From positions 126,178 to 190,177 of IMG/VR virus record IMGVR_UViG_3300021142_002226: a stretch of DNA of 64,000 bases; one strand, written 5' to 3'. How positions within the stretch are numbered: the first letter of the stretch is position 1; every line of letters begins with the position of its first letter. The stretch comes from a virus. A program made the translations under genes and the position numbers. Shown one piece after another: positions 38,614 to 48,185 of the stretch. The notes beneath the pieces were generated by a model. That model was not told the origin of the DNA. It did no database searches and worked only from the letters and a program-made list of their open reading frames with translations.

Positions 38614-39912
38614 ATGGCTAATAAAAAGGGACTCAATGAAGAGTTATTAAAAATAAAAAAATATATGCGTCTTCTTGAGAACTATGAAATTCCAGGTGAA
38701 GATGATACCAACGAATTTACTGGTGCTGTACAATACCCTGTATATGAAGAAGAAGATGAAAATGAGGAAGTAATCCCATCAGCATATGATGAAAACAAAG
38801 TTTCAGAATATTTTGATGAAACTGGTGCAAGCACACCATATGGTGAAGACACTGGAGTTATAACACCAGAATTTGTTGAAGAAGCGCCAAGAAGTAAATC
38901 GTTTACTAAAGACATATATCATAAAACTTTAAGGGCAGCTCTTGAAAAAGCTGAGGAATACGCTGCTAAAAAGGGTTACACGATTGATCCTGAAGAAATG
39001 TTTAGACTTTTCGGAACTGGTGGAGTTTCATACGAAACAACTAAAAAAGGAAGTTTGACTTTATATAAAGACGGTGTACCTCAAAAAAAGATGCTACATA
39101 TTCAAATATATAGAATGCCTTCTGGTAATTATGAATTAAATGATTATATCAATGAAAAACATTTATCAACACCAGAAGAACATGATGAATATGAAGAGCA
39201 ACTCGGTTTCCAAAAATTAATCAACCTTATAAATTCTGAGAATCCAGAATTGGATTTGATTAAAAAAACATTGTATAGTAATGGACTATATATGAAACTT
39301 TTAAAACTTAAGTCTGGAAAAAAACTTGACGATAAAAATGAAGTTTTAAAAGGTCTTGAAAATATCGTACTTAAAATGGAAAATCCTGAGTATGAACATA
39401 TTAAGGATGAAATATTACATTTGGTTGATGAATTAATGGATCCTCAATTGGCTGAAACATCATGCGGTTGTGATGAAATGTATGAATCAATCAAAACAAT
39501 TTCCAAAGCAAGTCTTATAACTGAAGCTATTGTAGAATCAGAAAAATTACCAACATTTGATAAATTAATCTCAATACTATTACATTCAGATCCACAAGTT
39601 CAAATATTCCACAGACAAACAAAATCATACTCAGAACATAAAGCTTTGAATGAATATTATGATGAAATAGTTGATCTTATAGATGGATTAATAGAATCTT
39701 GGCAAGGAACCCATGGATTGATCAAAAAATATAAAAATTTTGAATATATGGAATATGTGGATAATAAAGCCACAATAGCTTATTTCACAGAACTATATGA
39801 CATTATCCAAAAATTGAGACAAGATATTGAAGAGTCCTGGATCCAAAATCAAATTGATAACGTTTGCGAACTTATCTCAACAACAATATATAAATTAACA
39901 TATCTTAAATAA
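38614..39912 (+). CDS. Leader-tagged multidomain protein with a C-terminal ferritin/Dps-like helical domain
   Basis: MANKKGLNEELLKIKKYMRLLE; C-terminal FHRQTKSYSEHKALNEYYDEIVDLIDGLIE..QG. Confidence 0.6.
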   Translation: MANKKGLNEELLKIKKYMRLLENYEIPGEDDTNEFTGAVQYPVYEEEDENEEVIPSAYDENKVSEYFDETGASTPYGEDTGVITPEFVEEAPRSKSFTKDIYHKTLRAALEKAEEYAAKKGYTIDPEEMFRLFGTGGVSYETTKKGSLTLYKDGVPQKKMLHIQIYRMPSGNYELNDYINEKHLSTPEEHDEYEEQLGFQKLINLINSENPELDLIKKTLYSNGLYMKLLKLKSGKKLDDKNEVLKGLENIVLKMENPEYEHIKDEILHLVDELMDPQLAETSCGCDEMYESIKTISKASLITEAIVESEKLPTFDKLISILLHSDPQVQIFHRQTKSYSEHKALNEYYDEIVDLIDGLIESWQGTHGLIKKYKNFEYMEYVDNKATIAYFTELYDIIQKLRQDIEESWIQNQIDNVCELISTTIYKLTYLK

Positions 39913-39917
39913 AAATT

Positions 39918-41393
39918 ATGAAAAAAAATATATTAAATGAACAAGTCTCAAGAATGAGAGCAATGATGGGACTTAACGAATTTTTCTCAATGCCAACTGG
40001 TGAATCAGCTGAGTCTGGTGCAATCCAAGAAGATGAAAAAGCAAAATATGCTAAAACAATTGCTATGATTGATAAAATTGGTTCAAGACCTGTTGCCATG
40101 AAAATGGTTGATGGTTATTTGTCAAAAATGATTGGATTAACAGCTTCTGATTTAGCAGATACTGCAACTTATGCTAATGGTTTGGATTCAATCGAAGAAC
40201 TTTTAGATGATGAAAAATATTCACAAGCTTATGCTGAAGCAAAGGAAACTGCAAAAGCTATGATAGAAGATGAAGGTTTTGGTGGTATGTTTGACGAAGA
40301 ACTAAAAGGTAAACAACATAAAATTGACGCTAACCACAATGGTAAGATAGACGCTGACGACTTTAAATTATTACGCAAAGACGAAGCTCTTCATGGTGAT
40401 CAAGATAAAATCGATGCTAACCATAACGGTAAAATAGATGCTGACGATTTCAAAATGCTACGTAAGCAAAAATGCAATGAATGCGGTGTTGGTTACATGG
40501 AAGAAGGTAAATGTGATGAATGTGGTTATATGGAAGAAGGTTTTAATATAGCTGATTTATTAGCAGGGGACGGACCTAAATATGACAATAGTGGTGGTGG
40601 ATTACCAGATGTTAATCATGAAGTAATCAAAAATATTATAAATGTTATTGAAAAAAGACATAGAATGGGTAAAGGTGGGGTAACACCAGCCGATGTTTAC
40701 GAAATGTTAAATAATGATGAAGAATTACCAAATAACACAACAATAGAACTTTTATTGAAAAAATTGGCTGAAAAAGGATTATTGTTTTATGGCCAGAATA
40801 ACAAAAATAAAATTGATCCAAAAGATGCCTCAAAATATGTTAATACTGACCTTTCAGGTAAATCATCTTTCCACAATGTTGCAACTGATAAAAGAATACC
40901 AGAACCTAATATGAACGAATCATATATAATGGAAAAGAAAGATATCATCAAGAAATTCCAACAACAATATGGTAAAAAGAAAGGTGAAAAAATTTATTAC
41001 GCAACAGCAAATAAACAAGATAGAAACCCAGAAACATTCAAACAAAAAGATGAAGAAAGTGTTAATGAGCTTTTAGACTTTAGTTGGGACAATGTAACGA
41101 CTAATAGCAATAATTCAGATAGCTTCAACAACAAAGATCGTTTTAACACTACAACATATAATCAAAAAGATGATGATAGCGAAGATGATGATAGCGAAAA
41201 TGTGAACGAAAAAAAATGGATAAAAACTGATTCAAACAAAAAAGGTATGTTCAAAGGTAGAAGTTTAGATTCATTGAAAGCTGAATTAGAAAAACTAAAG
41301 AAAACTACTAATAAGACAGAAGCTCTTAAGAAAAAAGAACACGAATTAATGTTCGCAATTAGAGCAAAAAAAGGACACGGTTTTGAAAACTAA
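39918..41393 (+). CDS. Leader-tagged mosaic protein with two EF-hand-like repeats
   Basis: MKKNILNEQVSRMRAMMGLNE; KIDANHNGKIDADDFK twice; CxxC pairs. Confidence 0.65.
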   Translation: MKKNILNEQVSRMRAMMGLNEFFSMPTGESAESGAIQEDEKAKYAKTIAMIDKIGSRPVAMKMVDGYLSKMIGLTASDLADTATYANGLDSIEELLDDEKYSQAYAEAKETAKAMIEDEGFGGMFDEELKGKQHKIDANHNGKIDADDFKLLRKDEALHGDQDKIDANHNGKIDADDFKMLRKQKCNECGVGYMEEGKCDECGYMEEGFNIADLLAGDGPKYDNSGGGLPDVNHEVIKNIINVIEKRHRMGKGGVTPADVYEMLNNDEELPNNTTIELLLKKLAEKGLLFYGQNNKNKIDPKDASKYVNTDLSGKSSFHNVATDKRIPEPNMNESYIMEKKDIIKKFQQQYGKKKGEKIYYATANKQDRNPETFKQKDEESVNELLDFSWDNVTTNSNNSDSFNNKDRFNTTTYNQKDDDSEDDDSENVNEKKWIKTDSNKKGMFKGRSLDSLKAELEKLKKTTNKTEALKKKEHELMFAIRAKKGHGFEN

Positions 41394-41400
41394 TTAATAT

Positions 41401-41748
41401 ATGAAACTATTAGATATTATCAAAGAGGCCAAAATAACAGATGAGTCTTTCATGGAATTCTCGAAGAAAAGACTCGATGGCGCAACAAAGATAACAAATA
41501 ATGCAAAGGAGAAAGGTGGTGCAGCAATGCTTACCTTTCATCACTTTAACGTGAAATTGCCTTATTATAAAAAAGCATCCGAAGGTAATTTGGATCTTGA
41601 AAAATCTAAAGAAGAGTTTAAATCATTTCTATCTGAACTTTGTAAGTTAACAGAAGATGTTGAAATGAAACAAATCGATTTCCAAAAACTTGTTGGAAAA
41701 ATAGAAGTACTTGGCGAACTTATTATAAAAGATAAGGAAATTAATTAA
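41401..41748 (+). CDS. Hypothetical protein
   Basis: 115 aa; begins MKLLDIIKE. Confidence 0.6.
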   Translation: MKLLDIIKEAKITDESFMEFSKKRLDGATKITNNAKEKGGAAMLTFHHFNVKLPYYKKASEGNLDLEKSKEEFKSFLSELCKLTEDVEMKQIDFQKLVGKIEVLGELIIKDKEIN

Positions 41749-42419
41749 ACCAAGTCAAACAAAATTACTTCCGACTCAACATCACTGGCAATTATATCAA
41801 GTGATTCCTCCCCCACAAAACTTAAACCATCCCCTTCAACTAAAGAAACATTATTAATTATAATGTTACCTGATATTACATATAAATAATATCTACGTTC
41901 CACATTCAATTGATATTGATAATCTTGATTAAATATACCTGCCAATAATCTTGCATCTTGTTTTATAGGTAACTTAGCTGTGATGTCGCAAAATTGATTA
42001 AGTTTTTCTTCTCTTGTAAATTGATACCATTCATGTATCGGTTCAGTATCAAAAACATTAGGTCTAATCCATAACTGAAGATAACGATTTGGTTTATCTG
42101 AAGCGTTTCCCTCTGTGTGTTTAATACCACTTCCTGTACTCATTCTTTGCACAGCTCCAGCAGGTATATCTAATATATTACCATGACTGTCTGTGTGTCT
42201 ACAAACCCCTTCAACAACATAACCAAAGATTTCCATATTCCTATGTTCATGTATTGGCACATGACCACCAGGTTGTACCCTATCATCGTTGATGGTTTGT
42301 AAATGACTAAAATTCATATATCTTGCATCATAATATGATGGAAATGAAAAAGTTCTATATGAATTAATCCAATCAGCTCTCGGATTACCCCTTGTATGTG
42401 CTGGTCTATGTGTTATCAT
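41745..42419 (-). CDS. Pirin-family protein (YhhW-like)
   Basis: TFSF..YYD...F..L..INDD, H.H.NMEI, VQRMS.G.GI.H.E, LQLWI. Confidence 0.92.
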   Translation of the reverse strand: MITHRPAHTRGNPRADWINSYRTFSFPSYYDARYMNFSHLQTINDDRVQPGGHVPIHEHRNMEIFGYVVEGVCRHTDSHGNILDIPAGAVQRMSTGSGIKHTEGNASDKPNRYLQLWIRPNVFDTEPIHEWYQFTREEKLNQFCDITAKLPIKQDARLLAGIFNQDYQYQLNVERRYYLYVISGNIIINNVSLVEGDGLSFVGEESLDIIASDVESEVILFDLV

Positions 42420-42430
42420 AATATCTTAAA

Positions 42431-43966
42431 TTAACACCAATTAGCTCCAAAAGAAGTAATAGGTTTGTATAAAGTAAATGTTGCAGGGAAATTATATGTT
42501 CCTGGTGCAAGAGAAATAGCACCAGCCCCACCATTACCAAGACCATTATATGTATTTGCGCCAGAAACTTGCCAGTTGTTATCCCCTGTATAAACAGTTC
42601 CTATTCTGAAATAAGCTTGTGTAGGTGAATTATAATCTAAAGCTATAATAACCTTGTACGAAGTAGGTTCCGAACCAGACCCATCCCAACTTACATGAAA
42701 TATGTATTCTGTATTATCTGGAGATAATCCGTTATTAATAAAGTAATTGTAAATTTCTGCTAATTTAGTATCACTTCCACCATTTGTGGAACCTAAATAT
42801 GCTGAATAACAAGCCTGTGACGGCCCTATATAAGAATTTGCATTCACAGAAAATCCTATATTACCATTACTATAATTTCCAGAACCGCTGCCATAATTAT
42901 TAAAATCTGATGAATTTAACGTGAAACCAGTAAACCCAAATCGATCTTTACTCACATTCCAATTATCATTAATTACAGATGGTTGTATAGCACCATTATA
43001 AATGTCTACCTTTGACAAATAACCACCCCAGTAATCTGGGAGATCCCATCTCATCATTAATCTTATACCACCCTGAGATGATATAGCTAACCCTGCATAA
43101 TTTACACTACTAATTAATGTGTTATTAACATATAAGTTTATATTTGAGCCATCATAAGTACCAACAATATAATACCAATTATTTGGTGTTAATGTATAAC
43201 CACCTGTAATTTCCCATCCACCATTAAAAAATCCAGCACTAAATGTACCAAGATTATTACCTAATGAATAATTTATATTGCCTGTAGTACCAGGATAAAT
43301 TTCAGTCACTATACAAGGTGCGCCACCTATTTCTGTTCCATCATAATAATGCCAAACACCAACTGACCAAGAATTTAAATCTGGTAAACTTGAAGAACAT
43401 TCGGCATACTGACTATTACCAGAAATGAAATGAAATTTACCACCATTTGCTGAGTCATACCCAACACCATTATTTAAATTAAATTGTTTTCCGCCAACGG
43501 TATCTGTCCAAACAGTACCAGAACCAGGATAACTCGACATGTTACCAGCATCGAGGGATAAAACCAAAGTAGCATTAAATATATCATTTAAAATGCCATA
43601 TATACCAGATGTGGAAATCCAGTTCTTTGCTGTAGCCACATCAGTAAAGTTACCTGGGGAGCCAGGCAATCTATTGATCGTTGAAATTAATGAGGCTTCA
43701 GACAAATCATCTGAACTCCAAAATAATGGTGAATCTGCCGCAGCAGGTGCTCCAGTACCACCACCAGTACCAGCTCCAACTAAATTATCAGATGTTGTAT
43801 CAGATACTATTATATACCTGTAATCATTATTTACTCCACCATACCATGTTCCCACAGTATAATCAGGAACTCCTGTAGCAACCGCAAGTTTTGCTGATTG
43901 TTTAGCACCAGCAATCGGAGCCAAACTTGGATTATATTCTACATCATATCCTTTACTTATCGACAT
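42431..43966 (-). CDS. LamG/ConA-like domain structural protein
   Basis: LVLSLDAG...SYPGSGTVWTD, WYYIVGTYDG...LYVNN; N-terminal module shared with 44328..46595. Confidence 0.7.
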   Translation of the reverse strand: MSISKGYDVEYNPSLAPIAGAKQSAKLAVATGVPDYTVGTWYGGVNNDYRYIIVSDTTSDNLVGAGTGGGTGAPAAADSPLFWSSDDLSEASLISTINRLPGSPGNFTDVATAKNWISTSGIYGILNDIFNATLVLSLDAGNMSSYPGSGTVWTDTVGGKQFNLNNGVGYDSANGGKFHFISGNSQYAECSSSLPDLNSWSVGVWHYYDGTEIGGAPCIVTEIYPGTTGNINYSLGNNLGTFSAGFFNGGWEITGGYTLTPNNWYYIVGTYDGSNINLYVNNTLISSVNYAGLAISSQGGIRLMMRWDLPDYWGGYLSKVDIYNGAIQPSVINDNWNVSKDRFGFTGFTLNSSDFNNYGSGSGNYSNGNIGFSVNANSYIGPSQACYSAYLGSTNGGSDTKLAEIYNYFINNGLSPDNTEYIFHVSWDGSGSEPTSYKVIIALDYNSPTQAYFRIGTVYTGDNNWQVSGANTYNGLGNGGAGAISLAPGTYNFPATFTLYKPITSFGANWC

Positions 43967-43969
43967 ATA

Positions 43970-44305
43970 TTAGTATTTAAATTTATAACCTTTTAACCCA
44001 GACGTAACAGAACTTCCAGATGTTCCAGCTGTACCAGCGGTACCTGAAGTACCTGATGAACCACTTACATAATAAATATCATATTCGATACCAGTAACAA
44101 ACTGAATAATTTCATTGTTTTTCATTTCATCATTACCAATATAAATTATTTCTTTGGAAACAGTGAGTTTTGATTCTGGTAACTTCGATTTAATTAAAGC
44201 TTTAAGATCCGTTACATTCAATGCGGCATTACTATCATAATTACACAATGCTCTGCTTTTTAAATCACCATCAATGATGATTCTTGTATCTATATTATAT
44301 ATCAT
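43970..44305 (-). CDS. Hypothetical protein with SGTSGTAG repeats
   Basis: 111 aa; Ser/Gly/Thr repeat near C-terminus. Confidence 0.55.
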   Translation of the reverse strand: MIYNIDTRIIIDGDLKSRALCNYDSNAALNVTDLKALIKSKLPESKLTVSKEIIYIGNDEMKNNEIIQFVTGIEYDIYYVSGSSGTSGTAGTAGTSGSSVTSGLKGYKFKY

Positions 44306-44327
44306 ATTTTATATTTTATATTTTTAA

Positions 44328-46595
44328 TTAACACCACCAAGTTATTATATCATTAATCGTTCTATCAATACTATTATTGTAGCTAACAGATTTTACATCT
44401 GTAGGTGACATCATATATAATGTATACGTACCATCAACATGACCCATCTCAACTAATGAAGTATTTTTAGAAACAGTCTGCCTATTTATATTGTCACTTC
44501 CAGGTACACTTAATGTTTGCAGAACATTACCATTAAAGTCATATAAAACTATACCGTAATTTTCAATATTCTGAGCATAAATAAATTGAAAAAAGTTAAT
44601 ACCTAAATTTAAATCAAATCCAGCAACATAGTCTGAAGGAAAATTAAATTCACCACTTATACCAGTTTGATTTATCACGTTAAAAACACCCCTTGTTGTG
44701 TTTATTAATACAATGCGTCCAGATGTTTTATAAGTATCATCAACATAATTAGTATTAGTATTTTGGGCATAGTCATAATAATTAATATCTGTAAAGACAT
44801 TACTATCATTAAAATATTTATTCTGTGTTTTATAAGTATTATCATTTTTAACATATAAAACATTATAGTCATGTTCAAAACTAAGATTTACATTTGAGCC
44901 AGTATCACCAGTAAATGTGAAAGAATCAATTGTTGTACCACTACTATTTAACACATGAACTGTTTCATTGTATAATGTGTTACTATATCTATCATTTTGT
45001 AAAAAAGGTGCTACTAAAAATTTATCACCAAAAACATCTGAATATGAATTGTCAATAGATGATGCTGAACCAATAGACTCAAAATAATTTGTACCATCAT
45101 TTTTAAATGTCAATATACCATAACTACCATCCATTTTAACCTCAAGAAATATTGCCGCACCTTTAAAGACTTCTTTTAAACCACGAGTTTTTGTTCCAGA
45201 TGTTTGATTTGTAGCAAAACTATATGTTACTGGAGTATTATCTTCTGTAAAGAATATAAAATCTTGATTAGTAAAATAATTATAACCATAGTCTTCATAA
45301 TCGCTTGAATTACTATTAAACGACACCAAAGCCATTTCATGTTTGTAATAATCAACACCGTAGTTATTTCTTGACCAAAAATTAATATTTACATAATCAA
45401 CACCCCTTGGATGTGTTAAATTATGGGATATATTTGTTGCTGAGTTATATGTATAAATACCATAATCCACATTTACATCACTACCATTGTGGAATATCAT
45501 GTGCATCTTATTGGAACCAAAGAAATTAAAAGTATACGCCGTATAATCAAACCCAGTCAAATCATGAACAGCCAATCTTGGTACTGCCAAAGTAGGGTCT
45601 AAAATACACAACTCAATATACTTATTTGTTGAATTACTATATACCCATTCTACAATAAAATCTGATGAAACTGTTGTAGCGTATGTAACATTAAAATCAC
45701 TTGAATTCCAAGTCAGCAAAGAAGCTGATAATGAACCATCAAAACTATTAATAATGTATGTATCATTATTATTTGTATTAGAATTATTAACCTGAAGTAA
45801 AGCATAATTATCTGATGTTGTAGAATCATACCACCATAAAATACTAACACTTTGGTAGCTCGGATCATAATTATATTGGTAATTATTTATACCATTAAAA
45901 TAATTAAAAACACCGTTTGTTTCATCATTGAAAACAAGCCATTTACCATCATAATCATTAAGATACCAATTGGTTGATACCGATGTTGTATAATCTCCTA
46001 TAATACTTCCATTATCATTTATGAACTGTACTTTTTTATACCCATTACTGTTGTCATAGTAATTTGCAGCATAACCAAAATCAGTTGTTGGAAATAAAAC
46101 AGCTTCAGACCAAACTGTGGCATCTATTCCACTATCGATTAATGTTGCCGTATTTGTTGTATAATTTAAAACAGCATAAAAATAGTTATTGGAGTAACTA
46201 ACGTTCACAATATAAACCCATGTTTTATTACCTGTGGGTTTTAAAAAATAATATTGTGTGCTACTATTTACCCAACCAATCGCTTCAGCGGCAATCGTGA
46301 AAGGTGTCATTCCTCTTCTACCAGGTAATCCGTTTATAATCTTTAATAAATTAACATCACTTTTATCATTTGTTTGCCAAAAAATAGGTCTTGCCGATGA
46401 CATATCACCTAAACCAACATCGTATGTATTAGAATAAATTACATATTGACTACTTGGATCCAATGAATTATACCATTTTAACCCCCCTAAATTACTACCG
46501 AAATCACCAGTTGATAAGCCAACTTCATTAAGACCTCTTTTTTCCCCAAATGTTGTCTGGACTCCGTTATTAAATGTAACTGGTTTTGTGCTCAT
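44328..46595 (-). CDS. Large beta-rich structural protein (fibre or spike-like)
   Basis: 755 aa, rich in Asn/Tyr/Ser/Thr; N-terminal module shared with the LamG proteins. Confidence 0.6.
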   Translation of the reverse strand: MSTKPVTFNNGVQTTFGEKRGLNEVGLSTGDFGSNLGGLKWYNSLDPSSQYVIYSNTYDVGLGDMSSARPIFWQTNDKSDVNLLKIINGLPGRRGMTPFTIAAEAIGWVNSSTQYYFLKPTGNKTWVYIVNVSYSNNYFYAVLNYTTNTATLIDSGIDATVWSEAVLFPTTDFGYAANYYDNSNGYKKVQFINDNGSIIGDYTTSVSTNWYLNDYDGKWLVFNDETNGVFNYFNGINNYQYNYDPSYQSVSILWWYDSTTSDNYALLQVNNSNTNNNDTYIINSFDGSLSASLLTWNSSDFNVTYATTVSSDFIVEWVYSNSTNKYIELCILDPTLAVPRLAVHDLTGFDYTAYTFNFFGSNKMHMIFHNGSDVNVDYGIYTYNSATNISHNLTHPRGVDYVNINFWSRNNYGVDYYKHEMALVSFNSNSSDYEDYGYNYFTNQDFIFFTEDNTPVTYSFATNQTSGTKTRGLKEVFKGAAIFLEVKMDGSYGILTFKNDGTNYFESIGSASSIDNSYSDVFGDKFLVAPFLQNDRYSNTLYNETVHVLNSSGTTIDSFTFTGDTGSNVNLSFEHDYNVLYVKNDNTYKTQNKYFNDSNVFTDINYYDYAQNTNTNYVDDTYKTSGRIVLINTTRGVFNVINQTGISGEFNFPSDYVAGFDLNLGINFFQFIYAQNIENYGIVLYDFNGNVLQTLSVPGSDNINRQTVSKNTSLVEMGHVDGTYTLYMMSPTDVKSVSYNNSIDRTINDIITWWC

Positions 46596-46622
46596 TTTCT
46601 TGTTTGTTTTATATAAATAGTT

Positions 46623-47207
46623 TTATTTCTTATCATTTATCTTCTCTGAAGTATATTTAATACCCATTATTGTACCAATAATACTAAATGAGTTAGTTAA
46701 CAATATACCAAACATATTACTCCAAGACGACTCCAATATTTTTGTATCATAATGATTAACCATAGCAAATAAATATAGACCAGTCGTAATCAAACCAACA
46801 CCTATTATTACCATCAAAGCGCTTTTAACAATCTTACCAATTAATTCAAACTGAGTTCTTTTCTGCAAACTATCTAAATCCTCAACAGCAACATCCCTCA
46901 ATTTCTCAGCCTCAAGCCTTGCTTTCTTAGATTCCTCAAGAGCATCTTGCAACTCATCCATTAATTTATTATTCTCATTCTGAGCCCTCGTTAATTCATT
47001 GTTACGTTGCTGAATTTGCTTAGTTATATCCAAACGCTTTTTTCTGGTTTCTTTATCAAGCTTATTAGCCGTTTCTAAATATTCAGTAAACTCTTTATCC
47101 TCTGGATCCTCTTCAACAACCTTCAATAAATTACCCTCCAAATATAATCTTTTGGTTTCTGCTAATTCAATCAGTTGGTCTTTAATTTCTTTGCAAAATT
47201 TAATCAT
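46623..47207 (-). CDS. Coiled-coil membrane protein, last gene of the signalling operon
   Basis: Long coiled coil plus two C-terminal hydrophobic helices; start overlaps the response regulator stop. Confidence 0.65.
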   Translation of the reverse strand: MIKFCKEIKDQLIELAETKRLYLEGNLLKVVEEDPEDKEFTEYLETANKLDKETRKKRLDITKQIQQRNNELTRAQNENNKLMDELQDALEESKKARLEAEKLRDVAVEDLDSLQKRTQFELIGKIVKSALMVIIGVGLITTGLYLFAMVNHYDTKILESSWSNMFGILLTNSFSIIGTIMGIKYTSEKINDKK

Positions 47208-47650
47208 TATTTATATATCTTGAATGGTGCCGTTCTATTTTTATATTTTGGAAAATCCTTTTTAAATTCTTCCAATCTTGGCTCAATCTCATCAGATTTG
47301 ATAATCCAAAATTGAGCACCAGCTTTAACGGCTTTAGTTTGTTCATCAGTTTCGTTGCTTGATGATATAATACCAATAACAACATTATTTCCATGTTCAA
47401 AATTAATTCTTCTGATTAATTCAATACCATCGAATGATGAACCAATTATATTTAAATCAACAAAAACACACTCAGGTCTTTCATGTAGATTTTTATATTT
47501 TGTTTTAAACAATTTTTCAGCATCATCAGCGCTATTAATTGTTTCTAACGTAAGTGTTATATCAAGAAGACTACAAGCGTCCTCAAACACAAGATGAAAT
47601 AAATCTTCATCATCAACGAGTAAAATAGAATCTATAAACTTTTTTTCCAT
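47207..47650 (-). CDS. Single-domain response regulator (CheY-like receiver)
   Basis: ILLVDDE, VFVDLN (phosphoacceptor Asp), DGIELI, IISSS, GA..WIIK. Confidence 0.9.
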   Translation of the reverse strand: MEKKFIDSILLVDDEDLFHLVFEDACSLLDITLTLETINSADDAEKLFKTKYKNLHERPECVFVDLNIIGSSFDGIELIRRINFEHGNNVVIGIISSSNETDEQTKAVKAGAQFWIIKSDEIEPRLEEFKKDFPKYKNRTAPFKIYK

Positions 47651-47653
47651 AAA

Positions 47654-48178
47654 TTAAATTTCAATCATTTGAACATTAAGTAATAATTTAATCTCATCCC
47701 CAACTAACGCATTACCCTTACCACTTAATACATTAAACATTAACCCAAAATCATTACGACTTATTTTACCTGATAACTCAAAACCATGTTTTATCTGACC
47801 ATACGGATCGATATCACTACCATTATAAACACCATTTAAGATTACAGATTTGGTTGTATCCTTAATGGTTAATTCACCAGTAATCACATAACCAGAATCA
47901 CCTGTTTTTGTGATATTTGTTGATACAAAACTAACTTTCGGATATTGACTAACATTGAAAAAATCTTCAGTTTTTAAATGCGCATCTCTGTCAGAAATGT
48001 TAGTTGATATCGAATCAACATCAGCATCAAAAGTTATTTTAGCATCTGTGAAATCTTCACTTGAGGACTCCATTGTCGCATCAAATGACTTAAAATTCCC
48101 ATAAACGTTGGAAATCATTAAGTGTTTTACCTTAAACCCAATCTCGCTGTGCATTGGGTCGATTTTGTAATTTTTCAT
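47654..48178 (-). CDS. yceI: YceI-family lipid/isoprenoid-binding protein
   Basis: YKIDPMHSEIGFKVKHLMISNVYG.F, RDAHLK..DFF, GELTIKD.TK. Confidence 0.92.
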   Translation of the reverse strand: MKNYKIDPMHSEIGFKVKHLMISNVYGNFKSFDATMESSSEDFTDAKITFDADVDSISTNISDRDAHLKTEDFFNVSQYPKVSFVSTNITKTGDSGYVITGELTIKDTTKSVILNGVYNGSDIDPYGQIKHGFELSGKISRNDFGLMFNVLSGKGNALVGDEIKLLLNVQMIEI

Positions 48179-48185
48179 ATAATTT

